A DNA stretch of 64,000 nt from Balanoglossus misakiensis. Taxonomy: Eukaryota; Animalia; Hemichordata. The position numbers were made by a program, and so were the translations under genes. A model generated the notes under the pieces. That model was not told where the DNA came from and did not search any database. It saw nothing but the letters and a program-made list of their open reading frames with translations. Location of the stretch: the NCBI GenBank assembly GCA_040954595.2, contig CM082583.2, forward strand, positions 5,330,849 through 5,394,848, in the 5' to 3' direction. How positions within the stretch are numbered: the first letter of the stretch is position 1; each line of letters opens with the position of its first letter. Below, in pieces: positions 10,101 to 21,700 of this stretch.

Positions 10101-13100
10101 GGTAAAGTGTTTTCAGTTGTCATGGGGAAACACACATGTCAGACTCTCCCTGTGAGTAATTTATGCATGCGTTTTCTTTTGTAAATGAATGTAGTAGTGT
10201 TTATTTTAACATCAGCGCTCAATATTGATAACCATCTATGTGCCTTGTAAAATACTACAGACCTAATTAAATAGTCCTTAGTGAAAGATGTGCAATTTGC
10301 ATATGTAAGCATGTGTCAATTTACAGGCTATAGTTCATGTTCACAAGGAATTTGCAGCACTCATGGTTTGAATTTTTGTTAGTGACATATACTGAAAAAT
10401 AAAATTGTAAAAATTTAAGTTAAAAAAAGTAAAATTGTTCCCAAAATATATATTATTATTATACATCTAGTGCCGAGAACAATAGATTTTGGCGTGCAAT
10501 AAAAAGCCGTACGGAACGGTACGTACGGAACGCGCGTTAAATAAGCCTTAGTTTCAAGGCGCCCCAAACTCACCGTGTACAGGTATGCGCTGTTATGCGG
10601 ACGGTTTCAAGGCGCCCGCATTCCAACGCACGCGCACGTACGTAAACAAAAAAGAAAGATGGCTGCTCACTGAGCGGTTTTCGATCGATTGTATCGGCAT
10701 TTTGGGCGTTTTGAAAGCCAAGTAACATGCAAAACAAGAACTATCGGAGATGTAAGATGTATAATAATAAGGTTATTACGAAAATACCGCAAAGTATGCA
10801 CTCGGACATTAGCGCAGCGCATCGCCCTCCGCTACGCGTCGGGCGATACTCAGCGCTAATGTCCTCGTGCATACTTTGCGGTATTTTCGTAATAACCTCA
10901 TAATACAAGAATTCACGAGCAGTGAAATTTCAGTAATATACAGTTGGGAAAATATAGTAGTTGTGAGCTTGGCGATAATATTTTTGTAAAATGAGTGTTT
11001 GATATTGCGACTGAAGCATCATATTGAAGTACTCGTTTAGTTATTTTTATGTGTAGGTCGAAGTTCATGACCAATGGAACAGATCACTTTGCTTCAAGTA
11101 TTGAATAATGGAACCCTGTTTTTGTGTTTTCTCTGTTCAGGTGCAAATTGTTTATTGCCATGCTTTACGGTGCTCTCCCAAGGAATTGCTGATGGTGTGA
11201 TGGCTAAATTACATAACAATAGAAGTAATTGTTATGTTGATGAAACCCTGTTGTTTTTGCCCAAATTAAAGAAGTGGTGGCCACCATGCTGTAATTGCCC
11301 TTGGGGAGAACACTGAAAAACTGTGCTGTGGATTTTGGTAAACATCTGGCAGTACCACTAGAATTAGTCCTTGAAGTTGAATAATTGTTTGGAAATGGGA
11401 TTGTTTGTCCAGTTCTCTAGTCTAGAAAATTAACAGCTACTGTGAGCAGATATCTAGTGTGAAATCCCTTTCACATTATTCTAGAATGAACTGGGCTCAA
11501 TATACATGTAAGGTAATACGTAACAGGTGAAATTGCATTGAGGTGTGGATCATGACACTCCCAGCAATGGACGAGGGGGGGGGGGGGTCACCAGGGTCTG
11601 TGATCCACAGTATTGATGTGATTAGTAACACAATATCAAAATGTGAATGTAAACAGCCTGTGTCAAGACTGGTATAAATCATTTAGCTGTTTGCTAAATT
11701 TACATTGTATAATGATGAGCATTTCAGAGTAATTATGTTTCAGGAGACATTACAGTGCTATGTGTGTCCTGTGCTGGCTTGGTACCTCTGATTTGCAGCT
11801 GTGCGCATGCCACAACCCCGCCACTCCCATATTATCACGCCACATTGCATGATGCCCTGTTACAACATAACATATGAGCCAAACTCCCCATTGTTCAATG
11901 TGTTGTCTGTTTCACGTGCATATATGTGCTGTAATGTACGTACACTTGCTTGATAATGATATTGCCTCTGGGTTGGGAAGCCCCAGCATTTCACGTGAAA
12001 CGCAATGCCGCGCACGTTGTGTTGCCATGATAACCCGTGAATTTCTGTGATCTCCAAGGCCGCGCGGGATTTCCATTCATAACGGTTTGCCAACCTGTAT
12101 TTTCACAAATTGTTTCGTTGCCTGATATTATCGTTCTGCTTGAATGGACTCTGAACGGGGATAATAAGGCGAGGTTGGAATCATTGCAATTTTGTCCGGC
12201 AAGAATAATAAAGCTTGTAGTTCTGCGATGGAGAAGATAATTAATGTGACATTGGTTAAATGTTATATATAAAATGTAAGCTATAATGTGAACATGTTAG
12301 AGGTCATGCATGTGTGGCCATTACAATATAGCATAAAAAGCAACTGACATCTTCCTAAAGAATGTGACTGTTTCAATACGTTCTGATAGCTTGATGTGAA
12401 CCTTATGCAGGGATGAATGCAAATTTGGCATACTTTCACAGGTTACCTTGATTAAAATTGTTTAATTTATCAATTTTCCTCCAAGGTTGAATTGGATATC
12501 AATCATGTTTGGCAAAACATGTTGTGTAAGTGTAGGGGAGGGGTGAGGATGAGCTGGGCCCATACGGCATCATGGCTAGCCAGCTCATTGGTCAAGAAAT
12601 TAGAGAGAGTGATGGCAAGAGCTATACACGTAATGCATAGTACAGGTCATTTCATTTGATTGTGCCTGTGAAGTTAATGAAAATAGTGCAGTGGCATGTC
12701 TGCACTGCATAGCAAACGAGGGTAGGCCTACACACAGGTAATTCTGACTCTGATCGTGCCCTCAGATTTTTTGATATGTGATACCCGGTGTCTGAATGTT
12801 TTTAGCTGGTACTGTTACTATAAGATTGAATTAACAGATGTTTTGTCTGGATTCAGTGGCCATAGGGTCTGGTTGATTAAGTATTTATTTGGGGGATCAA
12901 GTTTTGCATTGGTGGATGGGAGGTGTAACCCCTTTGTCCAGCCCAATTTTAGTTTGATCCCATTCTTTTTCGATGGCAAGGCTGGTTCATTTGCAGGGAG
13001 AATAGGGCGGAATGGTCCAATCTTTACCGTTTCAGCAGGTGTCCATGGTCGTGCTGTTTGATCGCATGGAAACGTGCTCAGGGTGTTGAAAAATCCTACG

Positions 13101-15759
13101 AAATTAGCTTGTTGCAAAGGATGGCATCAGTATAAATTATTCTCATCAAGTTTTTCTTTCCAATATAGAACCCCCTTCAGGAATCTGCATAAATGTGTGG
13201 GGGTCTAAAACTGCTGAGACAAAAAGGCCACTCATTTATGTAGATTTATTCATTACAAAAGTAAGTAAAGGGACATGACGTGTGGGTATTTGTACCGGTA
13301 ATGTACAAATAAAAACGAACTACATGTGAATAGAATATATCTTGAGGTATGTCAGAAAGAATGTGTTTGTAATAAAAACAGAAACAGGCTACTACATCAG
13401 TAGATTTGCCCCCACATAATTTCACAATTTCCATAACAATATTCTCCTTTTCCAGTACAGAATGTGAGTGTAGTACCCCAGCCTTGAGAGGTCTTATATA
13501 AATTCAATGTATCAATGTGTACAAATCAATCAAACGGTCCATGGATTTCTAATAATCAAACAGGGCACTTTAAATGGAACGAATACTGTACTTGGAGGCA
13601 GGATGCCCTGACAGGTAGCCATGGTAACACACATAATTAGGAATACTTGAGTAAATGTGTGTATAAATGTCACTATTTGTCAGCAGTGTGTCTGTTTGAT
13701 ATACTCATTTTATAAACTGGTAACTGACAGTGAAGCCCTGTAAGATTTTATAGCCGAGAGAAATTGACATTTGTACATTCCTTACAAATATTCCTGTCCT
13801 TGATGGAATATAACCGATGCAGTCAACACTGTATTTGTGTGAAATGTACGTGTGCATCATTATTTGAATTAATTGCTAGGTCTGGTGAAATTCACATGCC
13901 CCCATCATCATGCCCCATTGGCCAGGAACATATCGCAAATATTCTCAAATGCAGAAGTTCTACAGTGCAGTGATATCATTGTAGGAGTTACATGCTGTAG
14001 GATGTTTATTATTAACTTATCAGATAAAAAGGATAGCACCCATACTATCCTTTGATTGCCCCCTGTCTTTTGAGAAAAGAAATCAAAACACTTAAGAGCT
14101 TAATGGACAGCCAGGTAATGATCAGGGGAAAGAAAGGTGAAACCATTTTTCTGCAGTGACAACACTGTGTAGTGACGGTTCATTTCCTGGTGAAGGCGGG
14201 TATCAATATCATGCACAGCATGGCAATGAAAGGAAAACAAAAAAAAATCTGGAAGATAAATCATGTTAACCTTTAATAAATACTGTCTGTATTACTTTCA
14301 GAGTTGAAAACAAAATCAGAAATTGCTGACAATGTTCGAATATAATTGCCAATTAATTTTTAACGTTTATGCATGTGTAGATGTGGTGGTTAACTTTTTG
14401 GACGTGAACCCTGTAAAAAAATATGTCACGCATTGATTCACAGCAAAGTGATCTATTATAATGCCGTGTAGAAATAATTGATTCTGTTCTGCAAGTAACC
14501 AGATTTAAGGTCAGTGGTTGTAAATTGAAATTTATGCCCAGAAGTTATGGCATTGTTACGGTATAATGTGCAGGCGTGGTCTGTATATAGATCCATTGGT
14601 CGTAAAGCCTTGGATATTGTGTAGCTGTCCATTGTAGGTTTCCTGTGTATGGTTTTCCTCCCTGGCAACTGTGTATTTGTTTGTTTCTGTTACCGTGGAC
14701 ATTCGGGAACAGATGATGATTTGTGTGTATGAACAGTCGATGTGTGTCTGAACAGTCGGCAGTTTTGTGTGTGCATGTAGTTTTTTTTTCAAGTTTGATT
14801 TCAGGATTTTTAACCCTTCCCCCAGTTATTCATATCAAACAAGTTCCTGGTGATTAGATATACGATGAGCTAAGTTGAAAATATTGCCATTTCTTTTAAT
14901 TGTGGAGTTTGGGATTCTAATACAACCTCCTATCACACAACCTGTACTGTAGGGGGGCACCATAGTTTATGGAACATTTACATACATGTAGGTCTGTAAT
15001 TGTGAATTCAGCAGGTTATGGTATAACAAAACTGCTGAGTCGGCATTTTGGGCCTAAATATTATGTGAATACTGTAAAACAGGTTAATTTCACGAAAGAA
15101 GCGTTCCTTTCATGGGGAAAAAATTATTGCAAAACCTCAGCTCCCACAAATTGTTTCTGCTTTTGAAATCTTTTAAAGTCTCCCAGCGTGCTTCGTGACA
15201 GTGATAAGGCCATCCTCAATTTCTTCAACTTCAAATCAGTTCCTGGGAAGATAGTTTTAAGAACACACGCACACCACTCACAGTGACCTCATCAGTTCTC
15301 TGTTCATTATTATGAAAGGAGGCTGTCTTATCAGGGCGACTGCCACGACCCCATTCCTAAGGTAAAGGTCACAAAGCCGGGAGAGGTCACCCCAAAGGTC
15401 ATTCATCTTATCTGTGAGGAGAGAGTGCATAAAACTGCGAGGTCGTGTCAGCCTATTTTGTATACAGCCATTTTACAATGTGCAACACGATATTCCAATT
15501 CATAATCGCCCTTTAGAAATTCTGAGATTCTCTGCGTAATAACCCAGAGCTCGCATCTCCTTGGTAGTGTCAATGAAAGGATTTTTTTCTTTGAAAGCCA
15601 CATATGCAGTTCATCTCAATTTCTCAGTCATTGAAAGATGCCAGGGCCTGGCTGTCATGTTCTGACAAGTCAAATGATACGCTTTGACTGATTCTAGGCT
15701 GAATCTGAATTGCCCTCACGGTGTAGCTTTTCAGCGGTGGCCAAAAGATGTGTGCCTTA

Positions 15760-15795
<36 letters not shown>

Positions 15796-18700
15796 TCAAT
15801 AATAACCCATCAGGGATATTTTTACTGCCCGCTGAAAATGTTCTTTTTCTGTGATGAGGCTTCGGTGTGATGTTTTTACAATGTACATGTAGCAGAAAAT
15901 GTATGCCTCTTATTGCTGGACATATCTTCCGCAAAAAAAAGTATGATACAAAACAGTTGATGTTTAGTGCATTTCCCCAGTTGTGAGAGAATGTAGGACA
16001 CCATGCCTGCGTGACCATGTGCTAGGATGCCACCAGGATACATGTAGATAGTGATGCTCTTTGCTTTTTGTTCACTTGCCACACCCATCGTTTCCACAGC
16101 AATAGCAATGAGTGCAGTTAAACATGACACAGTTGCTATAAATGGCCACAAATAGCTGGTTTAAATACAGTACGGAGATCATCTCTAATGGTGTTGGTGT
16201 CGCCACTTCATAGGAGATGTATGTCATAAATCATCCGACTTGTCAAAACTGATCGGGTCAAGTTCATTTGATCTGTCAGTTCGGTGGGGGTCTCTATATC
16301 ATGTTTTACGTTTCAAAAAACAACTAAGATAATGTAAACATACTCGGTATAAAAAAAATCACTGAATGCTCTGAAGGGGAAAATTGAAATTGACACAGAG
16401 TGCATTTATGAATGTGTTCATTTCAAGAACATGCGAAACACACATGTAGCAGTATAGCTTCCTGCTGTGTTTGATAGGCAATGGCTGATGTTTGTTTTAT
16501 GCGTCTGCATATAACCATTGCCATGCGACCTATTTTTTTCAGAATGGTCAATATCGCCTTTTGTTTGGAGCTGTTTGTATTCCGTTGTGATGGCATTTTA
16601 AGCACAATCAATATCTCCTTGTGGCCTTGCTTTGACTGGGTGATGGGTATTGTTGTGCGCGAGACAATGGACTCGGGTGAGTTCATCATTGGAAGGTCTC
16701 GCCCAAAAAGATCACTTTGACATCAGTGAGCAGCTATATTGAATAGATATGGCATATTACTTTCTGGAAAAGGTGAATTGAATCACTTACGTACGTGTTA
16801 AAAAAGTCCGAGGATGTTCATGTTAACGTGGGCTACATGTAAGATCATAGAATTATAACGGATGTTGAAAATGTTTATTTTTTCTCTGGCACAGTTGTCT
16901 GGTGATGTCAGGTCCCACGATTGCAAGGTTTGTATTGTCATCAGCATTTAGCCCCACTTTCAGCAAGTTATGGGTCCAACAATGAGCACTTGGGTCAAAC
17001 CGAATCTTCTATTGAAATGGATATACTACATGTACATCGAATTATCATATTCAAACACCACAGGGCAGCGGTGAAGGTTGCATCAACACACCTGGGAATG
17101 AAATTGGCTTTGCCAATCCCCCACATACAGTAAAGAACCAAGGTCTCACAACGCGACGTTGTCGGTGATACATGTACACTGTCCGAAATCAGAAATATAT
17201 TGCCGAAGGACAAAATGATTGATAAATCTTTAAAAAAAAGGGGGAACTGATGAAAAGAAAGATTTGTTTGTGTGACCGCTGTCGCTTGGTTGTTTGTTTG
17301 CTTTCAAGGTGGGAACAGTCTCAGGTGAATGGTTGCGTCAGTCCAGAGGTTAGTGGTCACAGCGACGACGACGTCATATCAACGCGGAGTTAATTGCAGC
17401 AAATTTCCCCTGCAAAGCGACACAAAGCCCCCAATGCCTTCAGCGCAGAAAAAAAAAACGACGCATGAAAAAATAGGGAACGTCCACGTGATTCACGCTG
17501 TTCTCAGGGTCATATCTTTGTGCGCCCTGCTGTCTCGTTTGATTGGCCCTTTGAAAGCGTTGGTTAGGGAGAGGGAAGTGAAAGTAACCGTGATTTCTTT
17601 TTAACGACGGTGTTGTTGATTGCCCCCCTGTCTCAGGGACCTAAACAGCGATACCTTCGTGCCGGCCGAGGCTTTGAAGCTTTGCAGCGTAACAAATCTT
17701 GTTACTGCAAATTCAAGGATGCTTATGAGACTGTTATTGAAGATCATAATGCAGCCACTCACTGCCTTCTCAACATTAATGTATCCCCAACTAGAATCAA
17801 CAAGAGCTGATTAAGACCAAGCTGAGGACATAAATATTTGTAAATTTTTCGTGTTCGAAATATCTGAGAATGGCAGGGGGTGAGGCAGAGTGTTCATAGA
17901 GTTCGTTTTGTGAACTCTTATTTTTCTCTCTCTCTCAGGTGAATGGACTTCCCTGTGACAAAACTAAAAAGGCGGTCACGTTCAAAGTGAGTGTAATATA
18001 TGAACTGTGATATACTGCCCTCTAATAGGTCAAAAACAGTAGAGAGCCAAAAATGAACGCACAAAAAGTCGAAAGTCCAGTTTGTTTTGCTCTTTAGCTG
18101 ACATTAATAAGTAAACCCTAGACTAGTAATAAGCCAGTTTTCCCTGGCATTCTGTGGTCTCCCAGTTTGAGTGCTGCTTTTATTGGAGAGTAATCTCCCA
18201 GCAAATAAGCCGTTTTCTGTGCGATGTGCTCCGGAGGGAAAAAAAGATGCATGTGGCATATCTGAAGATATCAATCACTCATACTACCTTTTTGCTACTG
18301 CTTTGGCTGGCCGTCGTTAATTGATCGTGCACGACATAAGAAGGGTCCACTGAGCTTGAATTTCTCGAACACGATTAGTGGATTACAAGCGTTGAGGAGG
18401 CTCCGACTGCTTGTCGGTCGCCTGGTCCCCCCCGTGTGAGTTTCATTTTTCGTGACAAATTGGCTGTTCAGGCAGCGAGCTCGAACACGCAGTGGAACAT
18501 AACACTGGGATAATGACTCTGGGTCTTGTTCGGGGCCTTGAAAGTCGATTCATTAAGATTTTTTTTTTCACCCACGGCGTGTATTACAGCCTGGCTGCTT
18601 GGTTCACTCGGATTCACTGGCACATGATTATATACAGCAACATGTCAGGTACTCGTCTGCCTGAAGAACACTGGATACTAACTTCAGCCAAAGACATGTC

Positions 18701-21700
18701 AGTCACAGTTATGATTTGTCTTGTTGCTAATCCAATCTTAGTGGGCACATTGGTGGCTTTTGACATCATGTCATAATTTTACTACCAAAGTGCATGTGTA
18801 AAACCATGGGGCAAATGTATGCCCAGTACCGTAGCACACAGTCACCTTTGTAACTCCCACTCAGATGAATTTCATGTGGAATTTCTGATGAAGCTAATAA
18901 AATATTGCCTGTAAATTATGATACATGCGGCCTTCAAGTGGGGGGGGGGGGGATGGAAAACAGATTGTTTATCTGTTGTTTGATGTTCTTGGGGGCAGGC
19001 AGGCACAATTTCAAATTATCCTCCCAGTCTAAAATAAAAGAAGGCTGAATGTGGTGGTAGAGGTTTATAAATCGTGTATTGTTGCCTTATATGTATTATT
19101 TCTATTTCACAAAAGTCAGAGAAAAGGAGAGTAGATTATCTTCAGTAAGTTATGAACTCTCATGGGTAGTAAATAGTGTATGGAGGGGTATGATCGTGTT
19201 GAACACATTTTTTGAAAGACAACCGTATGAACTATGCATCCAGATTTTGGGGGTCGGTGTACTAAATGCAACAATATTCAGTGGCTGCAACTGCTTAAGC
19301 AGGGGTTGGTTGCCCCCACCGTAATAGAAAATAATATTTCACGTTGTTTCAGCACATAGATTCACGCAGCATAAACTTTATGAGACGAGGAAATTGATGG
19401 CCGAGTGTGTAGCACACTACTGGGTTTATGGAACAAGACGTAAAATTGCGTTGACCCTTTAAGAACAGTCATTTACGGCAGTTACATAATTTATCGCGTA
19501 TTTCATCTCGCGAAGTCAATTTATGCAGTAATGAGTTCTTCAATTGAATATCGATGACAGTGTGTGCCGTCCAGGAACTCGACTGCAGGATGTGACAGCT
19601 TTATCACCGTGTTTGCCAGGTACACCACACCCTTGGAGCACCGTGGTGAGTCATCGTCGCGTTTTTCTGCTATTGCTAAACAATCCAGGCTGCCTGACCC
19701 TTCACGGCAAACGTCTACAGGTGCACGGGTCTCCGCCAAAATCCACAATCGATCAAAATCGAAGGTTGAACATGGCCACACGCTGCAGCTCCTGTGATAT
19801 CGCCACAGTGCAAATATCGGGAATGCCTTCGCTGCTTTCTCCGGCTATTTCCTCAGAGCCCCAGAGTATTTGATTTACGGAAGACAGCTGATCGATGAGC
19901 ATACGTAGTGTAATGCCTGTTGTAAGGTTGCGCGTAAAACTGATCGGCCATCTTTGGTCGGACGCTCGTGTTCTGGTGTCGCGGGTTCACCTTGTCAGGC
20001 ACGATGGTTACGAGTCTGTGTTTTGAGATATCCCACCATCAAATCCATTATTTTAACACCGAGAATGCCATCGTTTTTGCCCACCACTGCATTTTTATGG
20101 CACTTATTCCCTCTGGCCTTTATCGCATAATACATAGCAAAAATTGATATTCATGTCATGGTGTCCTTGCCACTCAAAACCCTCCTTCAACACCTACAAG
20201 ATCAATAATGTTTCTGTTCAGTTGCACTGCATCAAGCCATAAAAAAATAGCTCACCTTGAGTGGTGTCAATATTTATGTTTTTAAAAACAACAACACATC
20301 CATCATTTGTCATATTGTGAATAATAAAAGTAAAAGAGAGGATGTTGAACTGGGGGGAAAAACAGCCATGGTAAACACGTGCTGTGTACAGAACAGATAA
20401 ACTGAATGGCAGATTTGTGGATGCAGAGTCTACATGTACACAGGATCCAACTGTATTACTTGACCACAGCTGGCTTACTAAAGATATATTGATGTGTTTA
20501 CGGTGACTGTGACACAGTACGTTTCAGTCTCGGGTTGTCGTGACTTGCAGCGTTTGTGAGATTTCTGTGAGATTGAAAGATTTCTGTACTCCGCAGACGT
20601 CTTTTCCTAAGAACCTTCTTGAAAAAAGCCTGTGGTACATGTACTTGGCAAGATTCGTGCCAAGTCGGCGTATTCCCCCCGCCATGTACAGTACACGACG
20701 TCACAATCACAGAACACTGCAGAATCAGATCATCATTTTTTAATCGGGCGGTAAAGCGGAATGACCGATTACGTCAAGTAACGTAGGTGTATATAATGTT
20801 GCATTTACAATGTAGATGTCTATTAAATATTTGATGACTGGTGTAACTGAAGCTTGCTAGAAAGATTCTATGCTGGTGGAAAAAGTGGTGTAGACAACAG
20901 ACACCATTGTACTGTCATTTCTTTATTGTCAACTGAAAGAATGCCTAGGGTTGATATTTCATGTGCCCTCCTCTTCAAATTTTTGCAAATTGTCTTGTGA
21001 TAATACCCATGTCCTCTCATCAAAGTGCACAGCATTTTGAGCGACCTATTACACTGAACATACATAGGCAACCCTTTGTGAAACAGTTCAGTGACCAGTG
21101 AAGGTTTTAATGGGAGGTGTTATGTGAGCAGGAGACATGAATTGGTGGCATTGGACAGTACATTAATTCCCATATGACAGCTCTTATCTGCTCCAACCCC
21201 AGTTTGTTTGCCAGTATAATCAACGGAACCCCCCCCCCCCTCCCTCCACCTTTTCTAATTCTCCAGGGAAGTGTTGTAAGCAGAACTTGAACCCCACACC
21301 ACCCCTTTTCCAGCTGTCTGCCCACCATGATACTGACCAGATTGGCTTGGTAGCCAAATATTTAATTTGTGTGTTAAAACTGTCACCAGCATGGTTTGGT
21401 CTTAATCCATTTTCTATGAGAAAGTCGGACCTCTGCACAGGGAAATGAGCGTGAAAGGGTTAAACTCGGTACAGAAAAGATGTCAGCAAAGGTTAGACGG
21501 TGTCTGTGCATGTCCAGACTGGTAGACAGATCCATTGAATTACATTTGAAGAAAAAAAACACCTGTAGGTACTTTGGAATTGTTCCCAGACATGAGAGCA
21601 AACAACAAAATGTTAAGTAATTATCGATTACATTCCAGTAGTAAAAAAGTTATTAATATTTAAAAGAAATTAATATTAGCACACCACAGTTAGCAAATAT

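Noticed and set aside
15763-15794. Long C/G homopolymers as functional G4 elements
   Set aside because: Scattered throughout the window, lengths are unreliable in assemblies, and there is no positional pattern.
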